A stretch of DNA of 56,967 nucleotides from an uncultured Clostridium sp. Lineage in GTDB: Bacteria; Bacillota; Clostridia; TANB77; CAG-508. Positions 19,966-29,032 of the stretch are shown here, one piece after another. The position numbers were made by a program, and so were the translations under genes. The notes beneath the pieces are model-generated. The model made no database searches. It was given only the letters and a program-made list of their open reading frames with translations, and was not told where the DNA came from. Position 1 is the first letter of the stretch. Each line of letters opens with the position of its first letter. The DNA lies in NCBI GenBank assembly GCA_946545015.1, contig CAMNMV010000003.1, positions 1 to 56,967 of the forward strand, written 5' to 3'.

Positions 19966-20268
19966 TTACTCATTCAACTGTACTTTTTGGAATATTAAAG
20001 ATGATTGCACAAATACAAAATTTTCTTTGTGTAATCTTGATAAAATATAATAGATTAAAAATCCTACAAAAACATATAAAATAATATATGCAAAAGATAT
20101 ACTTATAATAGTTTTTGCAATATGTATTATGTGACATATTGCACAATTATCTTCATGACATGTCTCTAAATGATGTTCAGCTTGTGATACAATAATAGAA
20201 AAAATTAAAGAAGCACAAATAAAACTTATTACAAATATTTTAATAACTTTTAAAACATTTTTTTCCAT
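19966..20268 (-). CDS. 100-aa His/Cys-rich membrane peptide (DUF2946-like architecture), candidate leader peptide
   Basis: TM segment, HHLETCHEDNCAICHIIH, second hydrophobic stretch, C-terminus SLIFQKVQLNE; ATG after GAGGTGA. Confidence 0.7.
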   Translation of the reverse strand: MEKNVLKVIKIFVISFICASLIFSIIVSQAEHHLETCHEDNCAICHIIHIAKTIISISFAYIILYVFVGFLIYYILSRLHKENFVFVQSSLIFQKVQLNE

Positions 20269-20293
20269 ATGTATCACCTCCAAATTAATATTT

Positions 20294-20683
20294 TCATTTA
20301 GAACACTCTTCACATGTCCCATAAATAATTGTATTATTATCAAAATTAAATTTATGTTCTTCTTTTATATGATTACTCACTTTTTCAAACTCTTGGCACT
20401 CTAAGTGTATTGTTTTTCCACATTTTTTACATTTCAAATGAAAATGATCATTACAATTTGGTTTTATATATTGATAAAACTTTGTGTGATCTTTTATATC
20501 AACTCTTACATTATTATTTTTTTCTAAAAAATCTAAAAATCTATAAATTGTAGTTAATCCCACATTTTGACTATTTTCTTTCATATACTTATAAATTTCT
20601 TCTGAACTTATAAATCTATCTTCATTTTCAATAAGATATTCTTCAATCAATTTTCTTTGCTTCGTTTTATATTTATTTTCCAC
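20294..20683 (-). CDS. Fur-family regulator (probably Zur-like)
   Basis: TKQR, GLTTIYRFL, HFHLKCKKCG, GTCEEC. Confidence 0.92.
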   Translation of the reverse strand: MENKYKTKQRKLIEEYLIENEDRFISSEEIYKYMKENSQNVGLTTIYRFLDFLEKNNNVRVDIKDHTKFYQYIKPNCNDHFHLKCKKCGKTIHLECQEFEKVSNHIKEEHKFNFDNNTIIYGTCEECSK

Positions 20684-20708
20684 TTAAAATACCTCTTTTT
20701 ATCTCAAT

Positions 20709-20753
20709 TTGAAAATCATTTTCAATTTTACTATTTTTTTAATAATTTGTCAA
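20709..20753 (-). promoter_or_regulatory. SigA promoter with overlapping Fur-family box
   Basis: TTGACA-17-TAAAAT (20753-20725); perfect 8-1-8 palindrome TTGAAAAT-G-ATTTTCAA at 20709-20725. Confidence 0.8.
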
Positions 20754-20758
20754 GTATA

Positions 20759-20781
20759 CAATGGGACGGAGGATTTGTCTA
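20759..20781. repeat. Half copy of REP-like family B
   Basis: CAATGGGACGGAGGATTTGTCTA abutting the stop codon at 20782. Confidence 0.7.
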
Positions 20782-21210
20782 TTATGCTTCTTTCTTAAAA
20801 TATTTAATTAAAAAGTATTTATTTAATTTTTCATTATCTTTATTTTCTCTTACAAATTCAACTGTAAATCCACATTTTTTATAAAATTCTGGAGCTTGAA
20901 ATCCATATGTTGTTAAATTAATATTTTCAAACTCTTTATTTTTAAAGTATTCTTCAACCTCTTTTACAAGCATACTTCCAATATGTTTATTTCTATATTC
21001 TTCTAATACTATAAGATCTTCAATATGAACTTCTTTATAATATGAATGTCCTGTTATTATTCCAACTATTTTTCCATCTTCTTTTGCAATAAAAGAAAAA
21101 GGTGTATAATTACAAACAATATCATTTTTTTGTGCATATTTATTAAATTCTACATTTATTATTTTATAGAATTCTTCATCTAAATTTTCATTATATTCTA
21201 TATTTATCAT
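20782..21210 (-). CDS. GNAT acetyltransferase
   Basis: IEDLIVLEEYRNKHIGS, TTYGFQAPEFYKKCGF. Confidence 0.9.
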   Translation of the reverse strand: MINIEYNENLDEEFYKIINVEFNKYAQKNDIVCNYTPFSFIAKEDGKIVGIITGHSYYKEVHIEDLIVLEEYRNKHIGSMLVKEVEEYFKNKEFENINLTTYGFQAPEFYKKCGFTVEFVRENKDNEKLNKYFLIKYFKKEA

Positions 21211-21229
21211 TTTTATTTCCTTCTTTCTA

Positions 21230-21655
21230 TTAATACTTATCTATTCCTGTCCCATTTTTCAAATAAACTTTTATCTGTCTTATAATATGTGGTATATTAT
21301 AGTTTCCAGCAACTTTTTTGTTATCTAATAATCTATCATCAATAGTAAGCCATTCTAGTTTATTTTTTTCTTCTACTAATTCTACTTCATTTTTTAATAT
21401 ACCATAATATACTTGTAAATTATTTTCGTATTTGAAATAGTTTAAATCCATAAAATGATCTAATTTAATATCTTTTCTACTTATTCCTGTTTCTTCAAAT
21501 AATTCTCTATAAGCGGCTTCATCATTCGTTTCTCCAACTTCTACTTTTCCGCCCACAAAATTATATAATCCTTTATACGGTTCTTTTGCTCTTATACAAA
21601 AAAGTACTTTATCTTGTTCTTTATTAAATACTACAATTAAATTTAGTTTTCTCAT
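21230..21655 (-). CDS. NUDIX hydrolase
   Basis: GGKVEVGETNDEAAYRELFEETG Nudix box. Confidence 0.92.
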   Translation of the reverse strand: MRKLNLIVVFNKEQDKVLFCIRAKEPYKGLYNFVGGKVEVGETNDEAAYRELFEETGISRKDIKLDHFMDLNYFKYENNLQVYYGILKNEVELVEEKNKLEWLTIDDRLLDNKKVAGNYNIPHIIRQIKVYLKNGTGIDKY

Positions 21656-21676
21656 ATTTATACTACCACCTACTTT

Positions 21677-21750
21677 TAGACAAAGGGACGGAGTAATCGT
21701 CTATTCAAGCTAGACAAATTCTCCGTCCCTTTGTCTTGTTTCTTTGTCTA
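21677..21750. repeat. REP-like palindrome family B copy 2 (opposite orientation to copy 1)
   Basis: TAGACAAAGGGACGGAG-TAA-TCGTCTA-TTCAAGC-TAGACAA-ATT-CTCCGTCCCTTTGTCT plus an extra TTTGTCTA. Confidence 0.85.
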
Positions 21751-21752
21751 TT

Positions 21753-22229
21753 TTAATATATTGTTTTATCAATTTTATTTTTGAATTTTTTAAATTCTTC
21801 TATTGTTTCTTCTCGATCAATATTTTTTAATTCTAATATATTATTATCGTCAATATCATTTGCTAATTTTCCAATATAATTATAAATAAAGTCGTCTCTA
21901 AATCCTATTTCAGCCGCATCTTTTTTTGTATTCCCATAATATACTCTTTTTACATTTGACCATATTATTGCAGATAAACACATTGGACATGGATAACATG
22001 ATGTATATATTTCACATCCTGATAAATCATGTGAATTTATATTTTTACAAGCATCTCTTATTGCCATAACTTCAGCATGTGCTGTTGGATCATTGTTTAA
22101 TAATACTTTATTTGCTCCTTTACCTATTATTTTACCCTCTTTTACGACACAGGCTCCAAATGGTCCTCCCTCATTTGTTGTTAAATTTTCATTGGCTAGT
22201 TCTTTTGCAACTTTCATATATTCATTCAT
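21753..22229 (-). CDS. guaD: Guanine deaminase (CDA-superfamily type)
   Basis: GGPFGA, DPTAHAEV, PCPMCLSAI, IGFRDDFIY. Confidence 0.85.
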   Translation of the reverse strand: MNEYMKVAKELANENLTTNEGGPFGACVVKEGKIIGKGANKVLLNNDPTAHAEVMAIRDACKNINSHDLSGCEIYTSCYPCPMCLSAIIWSNVKRVYYGNTKKDAAEIGFRDDFIYNYIGKLANDIDDNNILELKNIDREETIEEFKKFKNKIDKTIY

Positions 22230-22250
22230 TTATATTTTCTCCCTTCTATT

Positions 22251-22757
22251 TTATATTGTCATATTATTTATATCATCTAAATCAATTACTTTATACTTTT
22301 TACAATTTTCTTTAATATAATTTATCTTATCACCTTTACATTTTATACCACTTTTGGCCCATCCAATCATTTGAATTAATCCTTTAAAAGTTGGTTTATA
22401 ATTATATTGTTCTTTTCTTATTTTTTGTTTTATCCAACGTGATATACATCTTCTATAAATTGTAAAACTACTTAAATTTATGTAATAAACTATATCAGCT
22501 TCTTTTACTCCATTGATAAATTTTTTTCTTCCCACATCTTCTATTATCCATGATTTCTGACTTAAAATTTCATTAAATATTTTTTGTATTTCTTCATCTG
22601 TTCGTTTAATATTTTCATTTTCACCTTTATCATTCCATACGACTTGATCAAGTTCATACATTTTAATAGCATATTTTTCAGCCATTTTTCTTGCAAGGGT
22701 TGATTTTCCACTCCCAACAGGTCCAATTATATAAATTTTATTGAAAGTTTCTTCCAT
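22251..22757 (-). CDS. P-loop kinase, adenylate kinase/FlaR (topology modulation)-like
   Basis: KIYIIGPVGSGKSTLA, LDQVVW, SWIIE; ATG 22757 after GGAGG. Confidence 0.8.
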   Translation of the reverse strand: MEETFNKIYIIGPVGSGKSTLARKMAEKYAIKMYELDQVVWNDKGENENIKRTDEEIQKIFNEILSQKSWIIEDVGRKKFINGVKEADIVYYINLSSFTIYRRCISRWIKQKIRKEQYNYKPTFKGLIQMIGWAKSGIKCKGDKINYIKENCKKYKVIDLDDINNMTI

Positions 22758-22787
22758 ATTTCCTCCATAAATCATATATATTACAAA

Positions 22788-22811
22788 AAGCAAGCCTTAC
22801 TTTGCTTGCTT
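22788..22811. terminator. Short hairpin, degenerate relative of family A
   Basis: aagcaagc-N8-gcttgctt. Confidence 0.5.
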
Positions 22812-22874
22812 ACACATATCTTTATTTTTTCTAAATCTTCTGATATATTTAATGTTTTCTCATCTTTATATATT

Positions 22875-23351
22875 CTATAAAGTCCTGTAATTGTTTTTAT
22901 CAGCTCTATCATCTAATTTTCTATCATATTGTTCATTATTATAGAACCAATCTGTCTTTTTATCTTTTGGATTTACTTTTCTTCCTTTATCTATTAACAT
23001 ATCAAAAAGAACTCCTACTGCTAATATCATTGCTAAAAATGATATAAATGCATTTATCATATCTCCTGATTCAAGTGATCCGTTTGCTATTGCTCCTATA
23101 TGATTAAATAAATCTACTCCAAAATACATTCCATATGCTATTGTATATATAATTGCTCCTATTAATTTTCTTTTTACTACTAATACCATACAAGCTAATA
23201 CTACAAATGATAGTACTATTTCTACTTGTGAATTTAATGGTACTATACTTCCTAATGTTGTTCCAAATTCAGGCATTATTGCAACTATTACTCTAAATGC
23301 CCAAAACATTGCCATAAACATTACTAATAACCATGTTGAAAAATTTTTCAT
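22875..23351 (-). CDS. Hypothetical 4-TM membrane protein
   Basis: Four hydrophobic segments, charged C-terminal tail, AAGGAGG RBS. Confidence 0.75.
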   Translation of the reverse strand: MKNFSTWLLVMFMAMFWAFRVIVAIMPEFGTTLGSIVPLNSQVEIVLSFVVLACMVLVVKRKLIGAIIYTIAYGMYFGVDLFNHIGAIANGSLESGDMINAFISFLAMILAVGVLFDMLIDKGRKVNPKDKKTDWFYNNEQYDRKLDDRADKNNYRTL

Positions 23352-23441
23352 TTGTTTTCCTCCTTATTTTTAATTAGAAAAAAAGACTTAATCAATACAT
23401 CCAGCCAAGCAAACTGGATTGTTGACAAAGCCTTTTGTTAA

Positions 23442-23765
23442 TTATTCTTCATCAATGAAATTAAAATCATCTTTATATTTTTCTTTGAAGATCTCAAATA
23501 CTTTGCTTAGTACTTCATCATCGTCAACACTAACATAAGATTCTTCTTCTGAATTTTCATCATCATTATCTTCTAATTTTAGTATTACAACTTCACCATC
23601 TGGTTCTTCTCCTTCTTCTGCAACAGGTAATAATACTACATATTCTTCATCATCTAATTCTATTAAATCTAAAAATTCGAATTTTACTTCATTTCCGTTT
23701 TCATCATTTAATGTTATGATATTATCGAATTCTTCTAAGTTTTCCCCATCAAAATTTTCTTCCAT
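23442..23765 (-). CDS. DUF1292 (YrzB-like) acidic protein
   Basis: ITLNDENGNEVKFE, YVVLLP; syntenic with ruvX. Confidence 0.88.
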   Translation of the reverse strand: MEENFDGENLEEFDNIITLNDENGNEVKFEFLDLIELDDEEYVVLLPVAEEGEEPDGEVVILKLEDNDDENSEEESYVSVDDDEVLSKVFEIFKEKYKDDFNFIDEE

Positions 23766-23829
23766 AATTATCTCCTTTCAAATTTATACTCTCATTTTAA
23801 CATTTAAATATATTTTTTTCAACAAAAAT

Positions 23830-24246
23830 TTAACTTTTTTTGTTTATATATGATTCTAATATATAAACTGCTGATATAGTATCTACTATATTTCTTTTTT
23901 TATTCTTATTAATGCCAAGAAAATTCATAGTCTTATGTGCTTCAACAGTTGTCAATCTTTCATCCATTGTTTCAATTTTTAATTTATTATACTTACATTT
24001 TAATTTATGAATAAACTCTTCAGTTTTTTTAGTTCTTTCTGATTCAGTACCTTTTAATGTTATAGGAAGTCCTACAACTATAGTATCAATATTATATTGT
24101 TCTAATATTTCATCTAATCTTTTTAAAACAATTTTATCAGAATTATTTCTTTGTATTGTTTCTAGTCCTTGTACAGTTATATTTAATTCATCTGTTATTG
24201 CAAGTCCAACTCTTGCTTCTCCATAATCTATTCCTAATTTTCTCAT
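23830..24246 (-). CDS. ruvX: RuvX/YqgF (YrrK) nuclease
   Basis: LGIDYGEARVGLAITD, IVVGLP, DERLTT, VDTISAVYILE. Confidence 0.93.
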   Translation of the reverse strand: MRKLGIDYGEARVGLAITDELNITVQGLETIQRNNSDKIVLKRLDEILEQYNIDTIVVGLPITLKGTESERTKKTEEFIHKLKCKYNKLKIETMDERLTTVEAHKTMNFLGINKNKKRNIVDTISAVYILESYINKKS

Positions 24247-24497
24247 TATTCTAATCCTATATAATTTTTTACTAATTTTTCTAATAATTCATCTCTTTCA
24301 ATTTCTCGTATTTTACTTCTTGCATCTTTATGGCTTGTTATATATGTTGGATCTCCTGATAAAATATATCCAACTAATTGATTTATTGGATTATATCCTT
24401 TTTCAGTTAATGCTTCATATACTTCTTTTAAAATTTCTTTAGTATCTATTTGTCTATCTCTTTCAACCTTAAAATTCATAGTTTTGTCAAATTCCAT
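24246..24497 (-). CDS. ireB: IreB/ReoM (YrzL) regulatory phosphoprotein
   Basis: [35 protein letters not shown]. Confidence 0.93.
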   Translation of the reverse strand: MEFDKTMNFKVERDRQIDTKEILKEVYEALTEKGYNPINQLVGYILSGDPTYITSHKDARSKIREIERDELLEKLVKNYIGLE

Positions 24498-24509
24498 AAT
24501 CTTTACCTC

Positions 24510-25622
24510 CTAAATATTATTTATTTCACTCTCATCTGCTGGAGCATTGTCTAAATAGTTCTCTAATTTTTTTAGTACTTCTTCAATTCCTGTTCCTTTA
24601 TAATAAGATGATATTGCAAAATTCAATCTTGGAGTTACATACTCTATATTTTTTTCTTCAATTTCATCATCATCAATATCAAGATTTCCATCTAAAGAAA
24701 TTTTTAATTTTTCTACAATTTCTTTTTGATCATTTAAGAAATCAGCTACCCCTTGGATTTCAACTCCAGAAAATACTATTGCAAATTTAGGTCCCATATA
24801 TCTTACAAAAATATAATCACTTGTTATTGTTTGTCCAATATATTCGCAAACTTTTGTTATAACTTTATTTCCTAACTCTCTTGAATAATTATTATTTATT
24901 TCTACTAAATTTGTGATTTTAAACATACACACTGTAGATTTTGTATAATTATCTATTATTTTCTTTCCATCACCATATAAATATGCTTCTGTTTTTAATC
25001 CTGAAAATTGATCTGTTCTTACTATTGATTCAAGTGTTTTTTGATGTACTACATTTTTTAGTACTGATACAATGTTTTCTTTAACAACATCTAGTATTGT
25101 TATATCAACATTGTCAAAATCATGTGGTGTTCCACTTTCTATAATCCAATATCCTATATATACATTATCTATATATAATGGAAAAAATATTGCAGATTTA
25201 GCTCTTCCAAATTCCATTTGTTGATATGGAAGCATTTCTCCTTCTTTGTTAATTGTTACATACTTAGGAGTTGCTGTAGTAATACTATCTCTAAACATTT
25301 CAACATTTTGTAATGATTTTAGTGAATTCCAATGTTTTTTATCAACATTAGATGCTTTTATAGTATATTCTGCTCCATCAAAAACCACTATGGTAGAATA
25401 TTTTATTTCGTATTTTTCAATCATTATTTCATTGATTCTTTCGATTTTTTCTTCAACAGTTGAACGATTCCCAACTACGCTCATAAAGTCTTGTACTATT
25501 GACAAGTTATTTATTCTATCATTGATGTTATTAAATGTTTGTATTTTTTTATGGATGCTATAATTGTATATTACTAAAGCAACTACTATTATAGCAAGTA
25601 CTACTACTATCGCTACTGCCAC
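24510..25622 (-). CDS. Membrane-anchored GAF plus degenerate GGDEF protein
   Basis: N-terminal TM; KSAIFFPLY..IGYWIIES (GAF); TDQFSGL, INNNYSRELGNKVI, RYMGPKF in place of RYGGEEF. Confidence 0.8.
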   Translation of the reverse strand: MAVAIVVVLAIIVVALVIYNYSIHKKIQTFNNINDRINNLSIVQDFMSVVGNRSTVEEKIERINEIMIEKYEIKYSTIVVFDGAEYTIKASNVDKKHWNSLKSLQNVEMFRDSITTATPKYVTINKEGEMLPYQQMEFGRAKSAIFFPLYIDNVYIGYWIIESGTPHDFDNVDITILDVVKENIVSVLKNVVHQKTLESIVRTDQFSGLKTEAYLYGDGKKIIDNYTKSTVCMFKITNLVEINNNYSRELGNKVITKVCEYIGQTITSDYIFVRYMGPKFAIVFSGVEIQGVADFLNDQKEIVEKLKISLDGNLDIDDDEIEEKNIEYVTPRLNFAISSYYKGTGIEEVLKKLENYLDNAPADESEINNI

Positions 25623-25640
25623 TATTTTTTCCTCCTAATT

Positions 25641-28568
25641 TTAATATTTCTTTTTCATTTGATTCAATGTTTCATTCATACTAGGCGTAAAAGTATTATT
25701 GTTATATGTTGGTGCTACTGGTGGTCTATATGTATTTCCACCTGGATTTGTTCTGTAAACCCAATTACATAAATCCTTTAATTTTTGCATAAATGTTTTT
25801 GAATATCCTTTAATTGACACATCACAATCTATTACACTTTCTAAATATCGTGTATAGATGTCTTGTTCAAATTGTATTGTCATTGAATTTTTAACTGCAT
25901 TATTTATATCAAATAAACTTGTCATAAAAGATTGTGCAGGATCTGTATATTTTGACATACCACCAATTATAGTTTTATCTGAAATTCCTCTTACTTTTAC
26001 ATATTTATTTAATATTATTTTTAATTTATTTTCGTCTAATACATTATGAGCTTTTAATTCTCTTAAGAATGCTGTTAATGGTTGAATTGTAAGTATATCT
26101 AATGATTGTACTAAACATATTTCTTGTGCATAATGGAAATATTCATATGGTGTATCATAATCACAATCAATTAATATTAAATCATGACTTCTTACTATTG
26201 GTTCTAATATTTTTTCTACATAATTTAGATTTTCTCTGTCTTCTGGCAATGATGTATATACTGTAAGATTTGAATTAGCTTTAACCCCTTTTGCTTGTCC
26301 TTGTACTAAATTATTCAAACAATTTTCAGCTATTTTGATCAAATCTTCTTCATTTTTTGTATAAATATAATATGAATTTTTATTTTTTGTTGTATCAAGT
26401 ATTGCAACATTAATTCCAATAGAAGATGCATATTCTGCTAAATTATTTACAATAAATGATGTACCATTTTTACTTGTTCCAACAAATGCAACTATTTTTT
26501 GGTTATCTCTTAACATCCTTAAAATATCAATATTTGATGAATAGTTATCATGTTGTTGAACATTATATTGATTATAACTATAATCATCATTACTGTTATT
26601 ATTATCAGTATTATTTACATTTTCAAATTCATCAAATGTTTTTTGATTATCCATGCTCTTATTGTTATTATAATTATTATCATAGCTTGTATCTTCTTCA
26701 AAACCTGGTAATACTGAACTATTGTCAGTATCAGTATTATTTACATTTTCGAATGTATCAAATGGGTTATATGTATTGTCATTATTACTATTATTATTGT
26801 TATAATCATTCTCAATGTTTGTTTCTTCTTCAAATCCTGGTAATACTGAACTATTATCATTATCTATATTATTTACGTTTTCAAATGCATCAAATGGGTT
26901 GTATGTATTATCATTATTATTTGAATTTTCAAATGCATCAAATGGATTATATGTATTATCATTATTTACACTATTATTGTGATAATCATTATTAAAGTTT
27001 GTTTCATCTTCAAATCCTGGTAATACTGTATCATTATTATTATCAGTATTATTTATATCTTCAAAGTCAGCAAATGGATCATATGTGTTATCATTACTGT
27101 TGTTGTCATTATTATAATAATCATTATTAGATATTTCTTCTTCAAATCCTGGTAATACTGTATCATTATTATTGTCAGTATTATTTATATCTTCAAAGTC
27201 AGCAAATGGATCATATGTGTTACCATTACTACTATAACTGCTGTTGTAATCATTATTAAAGTTTGTTTCTTCTTCAAATCCTGGTAATATAGCATCATTA
27301 TTATTTGTGTCTGCTACACTTGAAGATTGAGTGTTATTTAACTCTTCAAGTTCTGATAATACATTGTCTATATTACTATCATCTTCTTCCTGTACTACAG
27401 GATTTTTTCTTGGTCTTCCTCTTCCTCTTTTTGGATTTGCTTGAGCCTGTTCTTGTTCAGTGATTTCTTCAGGTGTTAATATTTTTTTAGGTCTTCCTCT
27501 TCCTCTTTTTACTTCTTGAACATTGTCTAAATTCATATCTTCTACAATATTATTAATTTCATCAATTGGATTGTTTTGATTATTATTATTATTTTCACTC
27601 ATATCAATTTTACTCTCACTATTTTTGATTTCATTTACTTTATTCATATTAGCTTTTTGCATTGCATTAATTCCAGCCGTATTCCTTTTTACTTCTGGAT
27701 CATGCTTTCTTGTTAATCTTTTTACATTTTGTGTATCAACAGCTGAAGGTATTATAATTGGATCTTTGGGTAAATTATCTGTTTTTTCCGTTCTTAATAA
27801 TTTTCCACTTGGTCCTAAATCAGGTTGTACATTATTTTTTGGTCTTCTAATTTTGTCTGTTACTGAATTATTATAAGACATTATCTGTTGATATTTTGGT
27901 GATTGCTCCTCCAACACTGCTCTAACATTTAAAGGTAAAAATTTACTTATAATTCTTAATTGTGCATCATTATATTGTGATACTATATTTTCAAAACTTG
28001 TAACATATTTTTCTTCATTTTTTCCTAATTTCTTATAATGTGCTAATATGTTTTGAATTTCTTGTTCACTTACATCATTTTCACTATATGATTTATATTC
28101 ATTATCATCTGTTTGGATATTATAATAGTCTATTGCTTCTCTTGCTGTACGAGGTTTATTTATTAATTTGCAAACCTCATCTGTGCTTCTGTCATTTCCA
28201 AGAACAGCATTATAAATTCCAATGCTATATAGTTTTTCTAGCATTTCTTCGCCTTTTGTTCTTCTATCTGATGTTATTAAAATTATAGGTATTCTATCAT
28301 CACCTTTAAAATTAGATGATTCATCACTAATGCTTTCCAATTTTCCAAATATAAATTTATCTATTTGTTGATATTGTGTATTTGTAAATGCTTCTAATTC
28401 TTCACTTATAATTATTCTATCATATGATTTATCTTTTTGTATTTCTTTTACTATTGCATTAAAATAGTATACATTTTTGCTTGTTACTATTTCTTTGTAA
28501 TCTCTTTGATATCTTTTAACAATTGTTTCAGATATTGTGTCATTGCTAACCGCAAATAATATTTTCAT
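25641..28568 (-). CDS. 975-aa pseudo-receiver / AT-hook / Asn-Asp repeat / ParA-MinD-like (TadZ/CpaE-like) protein
   Basis: YDRIIISE and IPIILIT receiver-like strands; KRGRGRPKK and KRGRGRPRK; VAFVGTSKNGTS, VAILD, LILIDC. Confidence 0.7.
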   Translation of the reverse strand: MKILFAVSNDTISETIVKRYQRDYKEIVTSKNVYYFNAIVKEIQKDKSYDRIIISEELEAFTNTQYQQIDKFIFGKLESISDESSNFKGDDRIPIILITSDRRTKGEEMLEKLYSIGIYNAVLGNDRSTDEVCKLINKPRTAREAIDYYNIQTDDNEYKSYSENDVSEQEIQNILAHYKKLGKNEEKYVTSFENIVSQYNDAQLRIISKFLPLNVRAVLEEQSPKYQQIMSYNNSVTDKIRRPKNNVQPDLGPSGKLLRTEKTDNLPKDPIIIPSAVDTQNVKRLTRKHDPEVKRNTAGINAMQKANMNKVNEIKNSESKIDMSENNNNNQNNPIDEINNIVEDMNLDNVQEVKRGRGRPKKILTPEEITEQEQAQANPKRGRGRPRKNPVVQEEDDSNIDNVLSELEELNNTQSSSVADTNNNDAILPGFEEETNFNNDYNSSYSSNGNTYDPFADFEDINNTDNNNDTVLPGFEEEISNNDYYNNDNNSNDNTYDPFADFEDINNTDNNNDTVLPGFEDETNFNNDYHNNSVNNDNTYNPFDAFENSNNNDNTYNPFDAFENVNNIDNDNSSVLPGFEEETNIENDYNNNNSNNDNTYNPFDTFENVNNTDTDNSSVLPGFEEDTSYDNNYNNNKSMDNQKTFDEFENVNNTDNNNSNDDYSYNQYNVQQHDNYSSNIDILRMLRDNQKIVAFVGTSKNGTSFIVNNLAEYASSIGINVAILDTTKNKNSYYIYTKNEEDLIKIAENCLNNLVQGQAKGVKANSNLTVYTSLPEDRENLNYVEKILEPIVRSHDLILIDCDYDTPYEYFHYAQEICLVQSLDILTIQPLTAFLRELKAHNVLDENKLKIILNKYVKVRGISDKTIIGGMSKYTDPAQSFMTSLFDINNAVKNSMTIQFEQDIYTRYLESVIDCDVSIKGYSKTFMQKLKDLCNWVYRTNPGGNTYRPPVAPTYNNNTFTPSMNETLNQMKKKY
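26583..27290 (-). repeat. Intragenic tandem repeat, five units of about 132 nt (44 aa)
   Basis: (I/V)LPGFE units start at 27290, 27158, 27026, 26846 and 26714; the third unit carries an extra 48 nt. Confidence 0.9.
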
Positions 28569-28571
28569 TTG

Positions 28572-28988
28572 TTACCCCCTTCCAAATTTTACAACGATAG
28601 CAAATACTAATGGTAAAACTTGGCATATAATTAGTATTGTGACGAAAGCTACAACCGCTCCTCTTCCTTGTTCTAATGTATCTAATTTTCTAATTCCTAT
28701 TATAGATTTATATATTGATCCTATTGCAATTCCTAAAAAGCATAATGGAATACTCCATATTCTTACAATATTAAGTATATATGCAACTAATCCATATGAT
28801 TCAGAACCATATTTTGCTTGATAATCCTCTATGGACTTTGCAGCATTATCCTTAATTTCTACAAGTTTGCTTTCTGTTTGATCATCTATTGCTTTGCCTT
28901 GTGCAGCATTTACATTTGCCGTACAAATAATCATACTTATTATTGTTATTATAACTAACATTATTATTACTATTGACGCTTTTTTCAT
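28572..28988 (-). CDS. Small membrane protein, possibly VirB2/TrbC pilin-like
   Basis: Signal peptide (ANVNA), helical segment, two TM helices separated by a short charged loop. Confidence 0.5.
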   Translation of the reverse strand: MKKASIVIIMLVIITIISMIICTANVNAAQGKAIDDQTESKLVEIKDNAAKSIEDYQAKYGSESYGLVAYILNIVRIWSIPLCFLGIAIGSIYKSIIGIRKLDTLEQGRGAVVAFVTILIICQVLPLVFAIVVKFGRG

Positions 28989-29032
28989 ATTTTGCCCCTT
29001 TCTTTTGATACATTTAATTTTCTTACCTTTAT

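Noticed and set aside
10269-21750. Family B hairpins as integron attC sites
   Set aside because: Opposite orientations relative to co-oriented genes, no RYYYAAC/GTTRRRY ends, and no integrase.
26456-26995. Tyr/His-rich plus-strand ORF
   Set aside because: Antisense reading of the Asn/Asp repeats. The other short ORFs nested opposite real genes were rejected for the same reason.
26583-27290. CRISPR array
   Set aside because: The repeats are in-frame coding units of 132 nt without unique spacers, and there are no cas genes.
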